NCBI GenBank assembly: GCA_017510835.1
Contig: JAFWLZ010000034.1
Location: 607-64,606, forward strand
Source: Candidatus Saccharimonadota bacterium
Lineage (GTDB): Bacteria; Patescibacteriota; Saccharimonadia; Saccharimonadales; Saccharimonadaceae
Length of the DNA: 64,000 bases
Reading direction: 5' to 3'
Below the pieces are notes generated by a model that ran no database searches, had not been told where the DNA came from, and saw nothing but the letters and a program-made list of their open reading frames with translations. Numbering within the stretch: the stretch's first letter is position 1; each line of letters begins with the position of its first letter. A program made the position numbers and the translations under genes. This document shows positions 36,031 to 46,181 of the stretch, in pieces.

Positions 36031-37797
36031 TTATTCTTCGTCGTCAGGGATAAGCTGAAGATGACAATCGGTGATCTGATATTCATCAACGACCGATGGG
36101 GCGCCCATCATGAGGTCGGCGCCAGAACCATTCTTCGGGAAGGCGACGATGTCGCGAATATTATCAGTTCCTTCGAGAACCATAAAGACACGATCAATAC
36201 CATAAGCACAGCCAGCATGTGGAGGCGCACCAAATTTCAGAGCATTAAGCATACCGCCGAAGCGCTGTTCAACGTATTTTTCGTCATAGCCAAGAACACC
36301 AAAGGCTTTGTACATGATTTCTGGGTTGTGGTTGCGGACGGCACCGGAACAAATCTCATAACCGTTCATGACCATATCGAACTGATCGGCAACAATAGCA
36401 AGTTTTTCTTCGTCGGTCTTTGCTGCTTCGAGTGCTTCGAGGCCACCTTTTGGCATCGAAAATGGGTTGTGACCGAAGTCAAGTTTCTCTGCCCCGTCAT
36501 CCCATTCATAGAATGGAAAATCGACAATCCAGCAGTAAGCAACGATGTTTGGATCTTTGAGTTTGAAATGATCAGCAAAGGAAATACGGAGCGCACCAAG
36601 AACTTTATTGACCTTATCGCGCTTATCCGCACCAAAGAAAACAGCATCGCCAGCTTCAGCGCCAGTTTTCTTTGTGATTGCTTCGAGTTCCGCTTCGCTC
36701 AAGAATTTTGCGATTGGAGACTTAATACCTTCTGGCGTGTAAGTGAGGTAAGCAAGACCACCAGCGCCAAGTTTGCGCGCTTCTTCAGTGAAGCCATCAA
36801 TTTGCGAACGACTAAGATCGGCGCCATTCTTAACACAAATTGCTTTGACGCATTCGGCTTTTGCAAAGACGGCAAACTGAGTATCTTTCAAATCTTCAGT
36901 AAGGTCGATGAGTTCCATGCCGTAGCGAAGATCTGGCTTGTCGGTACCATACTTTTCCATCGCTTCCTGATACGGAATGCGCGGGATATCCTCGCTCATA
37001 AGTTTCTTGCCGGCATAGTCAGTGACGAGACTCTTTAACAATGGTTCCATTTCTTGGCGGACAGTTTCGCCGTCATCAACGAAAGACATCTCGCAGTCGA
37101 GCTGGTAAAACTCACCGTAAAGACGATCGGCGCGTGGATCCTCGTCGCGGAAACAAGCCGCAATCTGATAATAACGTGGGACACCACCAACCATAAGAAG
37201 CTGCTTAAACTGCTGCGGTGCTTGCGGTAAGGCATAGAACTGACCTGGACGGAGGCGGGACGGAATAATAAAATCACGTGCGCCTTCTGGACTCGAGTTA
37301 GCTAAAATCGGTGTTGTTACTTCAATAAATTCATGCTTGTGCATATAGTCGCGCATAAAACGATAAAATTCAGAGCGACGCGCGAGACGAGCCTGCATAC
37401 TTGGACGACGAAGATCAAGATAGCGATATTTGAGACGAAGTTCTTCACCCGTCTCAACGCCTTCATCATGAGTAGAAACTGGAAGCGCATCGGAGCGGTT
37501 TAGAAGATCGAGTGTCTCAACGACAACCTCAATGTTGCCGGTCGGAATATTTGGATTCTCGAGCCCTTCGCCACGCTGACGAACAGTGCCAACCGCATGA
37601 ACCACATATTCATCGCGAAGATGTTCAGCGAGCTCAAAAGCATCCTTTGTTTGCGGATCAATAACGAGCTGGATGACTCCAGTATGATCGCGAAGATCGA
37701 TAAAAATGAGACCACCGTGGTCGCGACGGGAATTTACCCAGCCGGCCAATTCAACTTTTCCAGATTTGACGGTAAGATCTTTTGCGAGGGCTCTCAT
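36031..37797 (-). CDS. aspS: aspartate--tRNA ligase
   Basis: OB-fold N-terminus (GWVNSRRDHGGLIFIDLRD), class II motifs (FRDEDPRADR, GGMLNALKFGAPPHAGCAYGIDR) and a bacterial insertion domain. Confidence 0.92.
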   Translation of the reverse strand: MRALAKDLTVKSGKVELAGWVNSRRDHGGLIFIDLRDHTGVIQLVIDPQTKDAFELAEHLRDEYVVHAVGTVRQRGEGLENPNIPTGNIEVVVETLDLLNRSDALPVSTHDEGVETGEELRLKYRYLDLRRPSMQARLARRSEFYRFMRDYMHKHEFIEVTTPILANSSPEGARDFIIPSRLRPGQFYALPQAPQQFKQLLMVGGVPRYYQIAACFRDEDPRADRLYGEFYQLDCEMSFVDDGETVRQEMEPLLKSLVTDYAGKKLMSEDIPRIPYQEAMEKYGTDKPDLRYGMELIDLTEDLKDTQFAVFAKAECVKAICVKNGADLSRSQIDGFTEEARKLGAGGLAYLTYTPEGIKSPIAKFLSEAELEAITKKTGAEAGDAVFFGADKRDKVNKVLGALRISFADHFKLKDPNIVAYCWIVDFPFYEWDDGAEKLDFGHNPFSMPKGGLEALEAAKTDEEKLAIVADQFDMVMNGYEICSGAVRNHNPEIMYKAFGVLGYDEKYVEQRFGGMLNALKFGAPPHAGCAYGIDRVFMVLEGTDNIRDIVAFPKNGSGADLMMGAPSVVDEYQITDCHLQLIPDDEE

Positions 37798-37853
37798 TTT
37801 TACTCCATAAAAATAATTATATTTACAAGATTATATTATACCATAATTCTCTC

Positions 37854-38279
37854 TTATCGGAAACGTTTTGACTCGCGGTCGAGATCGCGGTTTTTAATCG
37901 TCTGACGTTTGTCGTATTTTTTCTTGCCTTCGCCTACTGCAATTATCAGCTTAATGTGGCGTTTGGTCGGCAACAATTCAACCGGAACAATAGTATTCCC
38001 CTGCTGCTTCGCGCGGTCAAGACCGGCAATCTGTTTTTTGGTCGCGAGCAGTTTGATATCCGTTTCTGTTTCAGTGCCAAGTGTAAGTCCGAGAAGCCAA
38101 AGTTCTCCACGGCGAAGCGTCACGTAAGTACCCTTAAGTTGAGCATGGCGATCGCGAATAAGTCGAACTTGCGGGCCCGTCAAAACCATACCGACTTCAA
38201 GTTTATCGGAAAGATTATAGTCATAATGCGCACGTCGATTAACGACTTTCTGCGCAGCCGGTTTTTTGGTCTTAGCCAT
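37854..38279 (-). CDS. smpB: SsrA-binding protein SmpB
   Basis: Trimmed to ATG 38279, which has TATAAT 6 nt upstream. NRRAHYDY...G.VLTG..V...R...A.L...YV and the C-terminal KKYDKR tail. Confidence 0.85.
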   Translation of the reverse strand: MAKTKKPAAQKVVNRRAHYDYNLSDKLEVGMVLTGPQVRLIRDRHAQLKGTYVTLRRGELWLLGLTLGTETETDIKLLATKKQIAGLDRAKQQGNTIVPVELLPTKRHIKLIIAVGEGKKKYDKRQTIKNRDLDRESKRFR

Positions 38280-38308
38280 ATATATATTATACAACAGAGA
38301 GCTTAGCG

Positions 38309-40327
38309 CTATTCTTCTATTCTATACGGCGCATTCCATGAATTTCCGTTGCCAGAAATCACTTTAGCGCCAGGCTTTAGTGATATCACCGGCATAACCG
38401 TATATTCAGAACTTAGACTAGAGTATTCAAGACTACCCTCACCTCTACTATCTCTATATGACGAAAAGTTCCATACATTCGGGCCGTTGCCGGATGATGC
38501 CATAGCAAACGAGCCAGTCCAGAACGTGCTACCACTAATTGAAGACCATTTATTGTTATATGTTAATATAATTTCATCTGCAGAAGGAAGGCCTACTGGG
38601 TAAGTTAAGGCACCGTTGCCGATCGTGCTAGAGACTGTATATGAATCTTCTTTACGGCAATCTAAAGATGGTTTTGCATTATTTACGACAGATGCGTGAT
38701 TGTAGTAATTGCGCATAAAGCTTCCAGAGAAGGCACGGTAAGCGCCGTATGGGTCACTTGGGCCAACATTCTCCTGAATGAAATCTTTGCCCGACATACC
38801 TCCGCCGCGGATATCGCGATCGGCGCAATAAACGGTATCTTCAATCATATTCGAATGGCTGCTAAGGTTAGTCCTATACCAGCCATCTACGACAGTCTTT
38901 ATTGTTGAGTCGTGAAGGTTTTCATGTATGTGACTCTTATAATCTTCTATATCGTCGCCATTATATAGAGAAACGGCGTACGAGACATCAGTTCCACTAG
39001 TAACCGAAACCATGTAGTCAACATATTCGCATTCATCGACTGGTCCACGACAAGTGTAGCGATAACCCGTCATCACATCCAAATAACTATCTTCGGGCGG
39101 ATTATTATAGTTTCCTTGCCAGAATTTAAGGACTTTTTTCTCACCAACAAGATGATATTTTTCTCCGTCCCAACTGACATCATTCGCAAACCACATTTCT
39201 GGATTATTACGATCGCCAGTTGAAGTATAGAAGGTTTCGTACATATAATTGCCATCTTCATGCGGGACTGCGTTTTCATGGTCGCCGTACATATAGCCAG
39301 CATAGTTGAGATTCATTGATCCCTGGTGCATATCCTGATAATTGGTATTAAACTTTGACTTTAGCTCTTCGCCGCTAAAGCACATTCTACTATATTCATT
39401 TTCTCCAACTTGAACCGTAGCCATGTCGCCGGAATACATCAACTTGACGCCACCAGTGCTAGTTGTTCGAAGAATCTGCCAACATTTATCGGCGAAATCA
39501 ACATAATTTGTATTTATGCCGGAGCGATAATAATAGACTGGATATTCGTCGTCTTTTGTAGAGGCATAAGTGCTGACGCCGATGCGGTTATCATCAAAGG
39601 TCGCTGATGTGCCAAATGTAGTATTATCGTCTGGGCCGAGAGTTTGACAAGCAATAATATCATAAAGCTCGGTTGCGTTATCGCAGTCGACCACGTGGCG
39701 TGGCTCTGGATATTCCTCGTCGCTCATCTGGAAAGTAATATAAAGATGATAGGTCGCATCAGCGTATTCAGTTGGAACAGATTCACCAGCTTTGCCGTCA
39801 GCACTGTAGCGGATTTCACCAGCAGTATTTACTTCACAGTTAAAGGTTACAGATTTTAGGAGTGAAAGCGTTTCTTCATCTTGGCTAAGTGCAGTCTTGT
39901 AGTAATACCAGCCATCACGCTTTAGTTCCCACTTATCGTCATTTTGAGTATTAATGACAGCGTAATTCTTGGTTGTGCCAGAATCATCCCAGGTCAAAGG
40001 AAGATCGGACGTTTCATGATCGCTTGCAGGGGTTTGCGAATTCTTTTCACGCCAGTATTCGTTAATCTTCATTCTTACATAGCGTGGAGTAGAGTTCTTG
40101 TTTCTGGCAATTGCGGTCTTTGGTGTTTCTTGACATGGCTGCCAATCATCTGGGGAATCAAAAGTCTCTACAAACTCTACATTATCATCGGCGAGCTTAA
40201 AGAGATTGTTGAAAAATATAGAATCTTGATTGAAGGCAATTGTGCCTACAACAACCAAACATAATACTGATACGCCTGCAATGGCGAGAGTTCGCTTCTT
40301 GAGCGAAAGATTCTTGAAACGCTTCAT
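38309..40327 (-). CDS. secreted surface protein, paralog of 18778..20787 (672 aa)
   Basis: MKRFKNLSLKKRTLAIAGVSVLCLVVVGTIAFNQDSIFFNNLF...EFVETFDSPDDWQPCQETPKTAIARNKNSTPRYVRMKINEYW... It is colinear with the 669-aa paralog to the C-terminus (..VMPVISLKPGAKVISG..). Confidence 0.7.
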   Translation of the reverse strand: MKRFKNLSLKKRTLAIAGVSVLCLVVVGTIAFNQDSIFFNNLFKLADDNVEFVETFDSPDDWQPCQETPKTAIARNKNSTPRYVRMKINEYWREKNSQTPASDHETSDLPLTWDDSGTTKNYAVINTQNDDKWELKRDGWYYYKTALSQDEETLSLLKSVTFNCEVNTAGEIRYSADGKAGESVPTEYADATYHLYITFQMSDEEYPEPRHVVDCDNATELYDIIACQTLGPDDNTTFGTSATFDDNRIGVSTYASTKDDEYPVYYYRSGINTNYVDFADKCWQILRTTSTGGVKLMYSGDMATVQVGENEYSRMCFSGEELKSKFNTNYQDMHQGSMNLNYAGYMYGDHENAVPHEDGNYMYETFYTSTGDRNNPEMWFANDVSWDGEKYHLVGEKKVLKFWQGNYNNPPEDSYLDVMTGYRYTCRGPVDECEYVDYMVSVTSGTDVSYAVSLYNGDDIEDYKSHIHENLHDSTIKTVVDGWYRTNLSSHSNMIEDTVYCADRDIRGGGMSGKDFIQENVGPSDPYGAYRAFSGSFMRNYYNHASVVNNAKPSLDCRKEDSYTVSSTIGNGALTYPVGLPSADEIILTYNNKWSSISGSTFWTGSFAMASSGNGPNVWNFSSYRDSRGEGSLEYSSLSSEYTVMPVISLKPGAKVISGNGNSWNAPYRIEE

Positions 40328-40364
40328 TTTTTGACCTTATTTATTTTGTAAAATTGTTATGGTT

Positions 40365-40394
40365 ATTTTACTCTTTTTATGCCGTATCTGTCAA
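40365..40394 (-). promoter_or_regulatory. promoter of 38309..40327
   Basis: On the minus strand: TTGACA, 18 nt, TAAAAT. The leader ends AAATAAATAAGGTCAAAAA-ATG, similar to the paralog's leader. Confidence 0.55.
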
Positions 40395-40401
40395 TGATTT
40401 G

Positions 40402-42246
40402 TTAGTTATAGCCTTCCGCTTGGAGCTCGAACATCTGACGATAGCGACCATTCGCAGCAATAAGTTCGTCATGTGTGCCGGCTTCGATAATGCGGCCTTT
40501 TTCTAGAACGACGATAGATTTTGCTTTGCGTACGGTCGAAAAGCGGTGCGAAATTATAACGGTAGTTTTGTCTTTTTGACGAGCGAGAATATTCTGAAAA
40601 ATCTTATACTCTGCTTCAGCATCAATCGCCGCAGTAGGTTCATCAAGGAGAAGAACATTCGGTGAACGATAAAATGCACGCGCGATGCTCAGTCGCTGCC
40701 ATTGGCCACCAGACAAATCGGTCGTATATTTATTGTCGAAATCTTTCGACAAAATTTGGTCGAGTCCTTTTTCGTATCTCGCAGCAAGATTATCTAAATC
40801 GGCATCGCGAAGAGCAGCCTTTACGTTAGCAGTATTGTATTTCTTGCGAACGTCACCAAACCATACATTTTCGCCAAGTGTCGCAAACTCGTAGCGCGCA
40901 TATTCCTGGAAGAGTGCGCCGAGTTGCTTGAGATAACTTTCGCGCTCAATATGTTCGAATGGTTCGTCATTAACTAGAATCACGCCTTCCGATGGTTCGT
41001 AAGCACCAATCAGAAGTTTAATGAGTGTAGTTTTGCCGGCGCCATTTTCGCCGACAATTGCAAGCGATTGCCCAGGCTCAAGCGTGAAGCTAACATTATC
41101 AAGGGCTTTTGTTTTCGAATTTGGATAACTAAACGAAACGTTCTTGAATTCAATTTTCGGCGTGCTCGTTATTTTGACATTGCCGTTTGGCTTACTAGGC
41201 GTTTCCATAAATTCCATATAGTCTGTCGCATTAACGAGATTTTCATTTACGGCAGTAATACTATTAAAGAAACTCGAAATATTGTTATTTAGCTGGTTAA
41301 GGAGCGTGCGGATAGTTAAGAATTGACCAATTTCAAGCTTTTCGAGAATAATTTCGACCGCAACGAAAATTAACACACCAAAACTTGCGAGCGATTCAAG
41401 CATATCTGCACCAAAACTTGGTAACAAGAAACGACGACGTTCAATAATGTCCTGTTCTTGACCGTGGCGACGCGCCTTAACCATTTTATGGACGAGGTGT
41501 GACGAAAGACCGTTCATCTCAATTTCAAGCGCATTGTTTGAATTAGTAATTTTTTGCTCTATTGCCCATGCGATACGACGGTCGCGCGTATATTCGCGCC
41601 AGTTGCGTCGTTCAATCGCAGAGAGACGAAGATTAAGAAAAGCCGAAGGAATTGCAGCAAGAAACATCACGAGCGTAATTAGCGGAGAGATTGTTAGTGT
41701 CGCAATGACAACAGAAATCAGGCTAGTGACTGCGGATATAACGCCCACAATACTCGACGAAACATAAGTTATTGAATTGCCGAAATCTCGGACGCGCTCA
41801 AATTTATCTGCAAATTCTTTGCTTTCACGCAACTTGAGTGGAATTTGAATATACTTTGTCGCAATCTGCTCACCGACATAGATGAAGACATCTTGCACGG
41901 TCGTCATCGAAAGGTAACTATTGAGCGCGCGAAGCAAAACGTTCAAGACTTCGATGCCGAGCAAAAATGCAGCAATGATAATAAATGGAGTAAAATCACG
42001 CGTAGCAATAGCGCCAACAATGCTAGTCACTGCGGCACCAGAAAGAATCGCGGTTACAGTCGGAATTACAGAATTGTAAATACGATAAAATGCGAAAAAG
42101 AAACTTTTCGGGCCGACTGCTTTGCGATAAATCCGCGTGACATACAAGATTGACTTTAGTGAAATACGAGGGTAGTTCCGTTTAGTACGACGCTCGCAGC
42201 GGCGTTTAGCACGTTCCGTTTTACGACTGCGAGCAGGCTCAGCCAT
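40402..42246 (-). CDS. ABC exporter, fused permease/ATPase (MsbA-like)
   Basis: Six-TM domain, then Walker A GENGAGKTT, signature LSGGQWQR and Walker B LLLDEPTAAID. Confidence 0.85.
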   Translation of the reverse strand: MAEPARSRKTERAKRRCERRTKRNYPRISLKSILYVTRIYRKAVGPKSFFFAFYRIYNSVIPTVTAILSGAAVTSIVGAIATRDFTPFIIIAAFLLGIEVLNVLLRALNSYLSMTTVQDVFIYVGEQIATKYIQIPLKLRESKEFADKFERVRDFGNSITYVSSSIVGVISAVTSLISVVIATLTISPLITLVMFLAAIPSAFLNLRLSAIERRNWREYTRDRRIAWAIEQKITNSNNALEIEMNGLSSHLVHKMVKARRHGQEQDIIERRRFLLPSFGADMLESLASFGVLIFVAVEIILEKLEIGQFLTIRTLLNQLNNNISSFFNSITAVNENLVNATDYMEFMETPSKPNGNVKITSTPKIEFKNVSFSYPNSKTKALDNVSFTLEPGQSLAIVGENGAGKTTLIKLLIGAYEPSEGVILVNDEPFEHIERESYLKQLGALFQEYARYEFATLGENVWFGDVRKKYNTANVKAALRDADLDNLAARYEKGLDQILSKDFDNKYTTDLSGGQWQRLSIARAFYRSPNVLLLDEPTAAIDAEAEYKIFQNILARQKDKTTVIISHRFSTVRKAKSIVVLEKGRIIEAGTHDELIAANGRYRQMFELQAEGYN

Positions 42247-44066
42247 TACTCCACCGTCACAGATTTAGCAAGGTTGCGTGGTTGGTCAACATCATTGCCA
42301 CGATTAACGGCAACATAGTAAGCAAACAATTGCTGGAGAGTATTGAGCAAGATTGGCGTGAGGAGTTTAATCGGACTTTCGATTCGGATAATATCATCTG
42401 CTTCAATGTCGGCTTTGGAATTTGTAAGGACAATGGTTTTGCCGCCGCGGGCACGTACTTCATGAAGGCCGCCACAAGATTTATCAAAGAGCCAGTTATC
42501 GAGAATAGTGAAGACTTCAAAGAAACGATCATCAACTAGCGCAATTGGACCATGCTTGAGTTCCCCGCTCGCATAACCTTCAGCGTGAATATAGGAAATT
42601 TCCTTAAGCTTGAGCGCACCTTCGAGCGCAATCGGAAAGGCCGTGTCGCGACCGAGATAAAGTGCGTGGTCGAACTTGGAGTATTTCTTTGCGAGACTCT
42701 TCATCGTGTCGTGATTATCATTTAGGACTTTTTCAATTTCCTTTGGCAAGATTTCTAGCTCACGCGTAAACTCTGCAATCAATTTTGGATCGCCACCGTG
42801 ATATTCAGCAATCATGCCAGCAAACATCAACATTGCGACAACCTGAGCAGTAAATGCCTTAGTCGAAGCGACCGAAATTTCTGGGCCAGCGTGAACGTAA
42901 GTGCCGCCATCGACTTCGCGAGCAATAGTAGAGCCAACGACGTTTACGATACCGAGCGTCTTGACGCCGCGCTTTTTGATTTCGCGAAGACATGCCAAAG
43001 TGTCAGCCGTTTCGCCGGACTGAGAAACGATCAACGCGACCGAATCCTTAGGAAGATGGAGGGAGCGATAACGATATTCGCTCGCAATCACAACTTCAGT
43101 CGTAAGATCCGGAACGAGTTGCTCCATATAATAGGAAGCAAGGAGGCCGGCATAGTACGCAGTGCCGCAACCGACGATTACAACGTGATGAATGTCGCGC
43201 ATTTCTTTTTCAGTTAGATTCGGACCACCAAGATGCATCTTCCCCGCCTTTGGATCGATGCGGCCGCTAAGCGTATTGTGTAGAGTAGTGGCCTGTTCCA
43301 TGATTTCCTTGAGTAGGAAATGATCGTAGCCGCCTTTTTGAATTTGGGCGAGATCACCTTCAATAGTTTCCGGTTTGCTGTCGAGATGCTTCAGACCGAG
43401 CGTGAATACCTCGGCTCCTTTATCAGTACAAACCGCGAGTTCGCCGTCATTGAGATAAATCGCTTCACGAGTGTAGCCAAGAAGCGCAGATGCATCGGAG
43501 GCAATAAGCGTTTCGTCTTTGCCGAGGCCAATGATGAGCGGCGAGCCGAGACGAGCGACAATAATCGTGCCTGGTTCTTTCGGCGAAAAAACAGCAATGC
43601 CATATGTACCACGAATGCGTTTGAGTGATTTTGCGACGGCATCTTTTAGCGATACGCCATCTTTGTAATTGCTATCAATGAGTGCGGCGAGTACTTCAGT
43701 ATCAGTATCGGAGGCGAAATCATAATCCTTTAGCTCAGCTTTGATTTCTTTGTAGTTCTCAATGATACCATTGTGAACCATATAGATGTTGCCAACATGA
43801 TGTGGGTGAGCATTCGTCTCAGTAACGCCACCGTGGGTAGCCCAGCGAGTGTGACCGATACCAAGATGACCAGTTTGCGGTTCAGATTCAAGTGCTTTTG
43901 AGAGCTCAGCAATTTTACCGACCGAGCGAGTTAGATGTGCTTTATCGTCATCATCAAGCGTTGCGATTCCGGCCGAATCATAGCCGCGATATTCCAATCT
44001 TCTAAGACCGCCGACTAAGACATCTTGTGCCTTTTTCCCACCTACATAACCAACAATTCCACACAT
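42246..44066 (-). CDS. glmS: glutamine--fructose-6-phosphate aminotransferase
   Basis: MCGIVGYVG Ntn start, two SIS domains and the C-terminal ...AKSVTVE. Confidence 0.93.
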   Translation of the reverse strand: MCGIVGYVGGKKAQDVLVGGLRRLEYRGYDSAGIATLDDDDKAHLTRSVGKIAELSKALESEPQTGHLGIGHTRWATHGGVTETNAHPHHVGNIYMVHNGIIENYKEIKAELKDYDFASDTDTEVLAALIDSNYKDGVSLKDAVAKSLKRIRGTYGIAVFSPKEPGTIIVARLGSPLIIGLGKDETLIASDASALLGYTREAIYLNDGELAVCTDKGAEVFTLGLKHLDSKPETIEGDLAQIQKGGYDHFLLKEIMEQATTLHNTLSGRIDPKAGKMHLGGPNLTEKEMRDIHHVVIVGCGTAYYAGLLASYYMEQLVPDLTTEVVIASEYRYRSLHLPKDSVALIVSQSGETADTLACLREIKKRGVKTLGIVNVVGSTIAREVDGGTYVHAGPEISVASTKAFTAQVVAMLMFAGMIAEYHGGDPKLIAEFTRELEILPKEIEKVLNDNHDTMKSLAKKYSKFDHALYLGRDTAFPIALEGALKLKEISYIHAEGYASGELKHGPIALVDDRFFEVFTILDNWLFDKSCGGLHEVRARGGKTIVLTNSKADIEADDIIRIESPIKLLTPILLNTLQQLFAYYVAVNRGNDVDQPRNLAKSVTVE

Positions 44067-44116
44067 ATTTCCTCCGTGTTTAATAGTTATATTCTAGCAA
44101 AGAAATGGGCGATTGT

Positions 44117-45922
44117 TTAGCGACGTTTTGTCGCGACACAGAAGAGGCCGGCCGCAATTAATGCAGTACCGCCAAGCGTAATCGCAAACGGGACGAGATC
44201 ACGATCGAGCGTGCTCGGATTCTTCGGAATATTGTAATAGTAAGTAACTGTGACGTCGGAATTCATGATGCCCGTCGCATTGTCCGGAACAGCAATCAGC
44301 TGGTAGCCGGTCGGCAAATCGGAAGCCTTGCTCGTAGTATATTCGGAACCATGATTCTGCTCAGTCGCGATAGTGTCGGATATTTCTTTTCCGGTTTCTT
44401 TGTCGATATGACGGACTGTAAGCTTATGATAGATGTTCGTAATCGTATCGTTCGTAGTCTTGGTGCGAGGAGTAGTTATGCCTGTATAGGTATAAGAGTT
44501 AGTCGCGTGATTCGGAATCTGCTGAGTTGTAATCGTATTTTTTGCGGTGACCGGAATGACGATTTTATACGTTGCGTTATAGAAATCTGCAGTTGCGAGG
44601 TAGGCCGCCTTAGCGCTGACAGTAATGTCGCGACCGCTAATTACGACGTCAAATTTATCCGTCACATCAGTACTGCCGCGATAAACTTTGACCGCGGTAT
44701 ACACAGGTAGGATTAAGTTAGCGTCAATGTTGTCCGAAATTTTGAAGCTTGTATAGTTGTGACTTTCATTAATGCTCGAGTATTTCGAATAGAGCGAAGC
44801 AAAAGTCAAGATGTCATTCGACGTGCTAAATACGTTTGGAATGCGCTGTTTGATGATGTAGTTAAATTTGCTGCCAGTCGTGGCACGGTTTTCAGTCTTT
44901 CCGTCTTCTTCGACATATTTAACTGGATCCGGCGTGTCATAGGCGGATGGCGAACCAAAGAAATAAGTCGTGCCAGCAGTGGATGCCGCATAGGTGAATG
45001 TATAGCTAGAATTCGCCATACTGGTAACCGTGGCGTAATATGAAGTTCCCCAGTGAATGCCATTATAAGCTCCTGAGTAGCCAGCATCTCCTAAGTTGCG
45101 AACAGCGAGGCCATTTTGCGATTCGTACATTTCCGGCATAGATGGGCTAGTATTGTTTTTGTTGTAGTAGAAGGTAGTTTTACTGGCACTAGCCGGGGTA
45201 ACGCGTGCACCCTCGTCGCCATTAAAGTAATCTGCAGTCGTATAGTGAGCATCATTGGGAACGTCAAAATCGTAAGCCAAATAGGTTAGGCGCGTAAGGC
45301 CAGCCGGGGTGCCAGAAAGAGTACTGTCGCTAAAACTTCCCTTCTTAATATATTGGACAGTGAAGTCGCCACTGGCAAAATGTGCATTTAGCCAGAACAT
45401 GATTGGATCGCCGGAGCCTAGATTATTAGTACCATCACCGCCATTACAAGGATCATAATCTGGCGTAGTCGGAACATCTGCGCTAGAACCGCATGTTGCC
45501 GAACGCTTAGAAATCGAGAAGAATTTCTCATAATCGGTTATAGGATTACCATCGGCATCTTTAAGCTCATCCCAATATTTAACATTATTAACTTTCCAAA
45601 TCACATCGACAGGATTGCCGTTATTGTCGGTTGCAGAGGAATTAGAAATAAGCATGACAAATTGCTTACCTGGCTGAACAGGATAATTGCCACTGAATGT
45701 GCCAGTGCGCGTATCATCTGCACCGTCTTTTTTAACAATTAATTGTGTATTGTTTGTGTAGTAGATTCGAGAGGAGGCGAATTCTGTATCGATGAGCGGT
45801 TGAACAGCACTATAGTCCATATATGATGAGACTTGGGCGCCTGAATTTTGATTAAAGATAATTAATGGCGTTAATGCCGCTGCGCCAATAACCGCAGCAA
45901 TTGCAATGTGTTTGATTTTCAC
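44117..45922 (-). CDS. surface adhesin with MucBP domain and C-terminal hydrophobic anchor (601 aa, GTG start)
   Basis: Signal IAIAAVIGAAALTPLIIF. MucBP-like HKLTVRHIDKETGKEISD...GSEYTTSK..LPTGYQLIAVPDNATG...VTVTYYY. The C-terminal LVPFAITLGGTALIAAGLFCVATKRR resembles a sorting signal but has no LPXTG. Confidence 0.65.
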   Translation of the reverse strand: MKIKHIAIAAVIGAAALTPLIIFNQNSGAQVSSYMDYSAVQPLIDTEFASSRIYYTNNTQLIVKKDGADDTRTGTFSGNYPVQPGKQFVMLISNSSATDNNGNPVDVIWKVNNVKYWDELKDADGNPITDYEKFFSISKRSATCGSSADVPTTPDYDPCNGGDGTNNLGSGDPIMFWLNAHFASGDFTVQYIKKGSFSDSTLSGTPAGLTRLTYLAYDFDVPNDAHYTTADYFNGDEGARVTPASASKTTFYYNKNNTSPSMPEMYESQNGLAVRNLGDAGYSGAYNGIHWGTSYYATVTSMANSSYTFTYAASTAGTTYFFGSPSAYDTPDPVKYVEEDGKTENRATTGSKFNYIIKQRIPNVFSTSNDILTFASLYSKYSSINESHNYTSFKISDNIDANLILPVYTAVKVYRGSTDVTDKFDVVISGRDITVSAKAAYLATADFYNATYKIVIPVTAKNTITTQQIPNHATNSYTYTGITTPRTKTTNDTITNIYHKLTVRHIDKETGKEISDTIATEQNHGSEYTTSKASDLPTGYQLIAVPDNATGIMNSDVTVTYYYNIPKNPSTLDRDLVPFAITLGGTALIAAGLFCVATKRR

Positions 45923-46004
45923 TGCACTACCTCTCTTGTTTTAGTTGCGCTTATGATAACATTTTTCCTAAAAAAGCACAAGCAAAATGACAGAATAAGA
46001 ATTC

Positions 46005-46034
46005 TTGACAAGATAGAGATGCTTTTGATAAAAT
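46005..46034 (+). promoter_or_regulatory. promoter of tRNA-Asn
   Basis: TTGACA (46005-46010), 18 nt, TGaTAAAAT (TAAAAT at 46029-46034), 11 nt before the tRNA 5' end. Confidence 0.55.
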
Positions 46035-46045
46035 AATAGTTGCAA

Positions 46046-46120
46046 TCCCCTGTAGCTCAATGGTGGAGCAAGAAGCTGTTAACTTCGAGGTTGCCAGTTC
46101 GAGTCTGGCCGGGGGAGCCA
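46046..46120 (+). tRNA. tRNA-Asn (GTT)
   Basis: 75 nt. Acceptor TCCCCTG/CGGGGGA, anticodon loop CTGTTAA, T arm GCCAG-TTCGAGT-CTGGC, encoded CCA. Confidence 0.9.
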
Positions 46121-46135
46121 TTTTTTATGCGCAAT

Positions 46136-46166
46136 AATCCCGGTTTCTTCTTACTCGGGATTTTTT
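46136..46166 (+). terminator. intrinsic terminator after tRNA-Asn
   Basis: AATCCCG...CGGGATT hairpin followed by TTTTTT. Confidence 0.6.
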
Positions 46167-46181
46167 GATAAAATATAAGCA

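Noticed and set aside
35956-37038. 360-aa plus-strand ORF
   Set aside because: It is antisense to aspS, which is identified by class II aaRS motifs. Its sequence is Phe/Ile/Lys-rich, typical of antisense translation.
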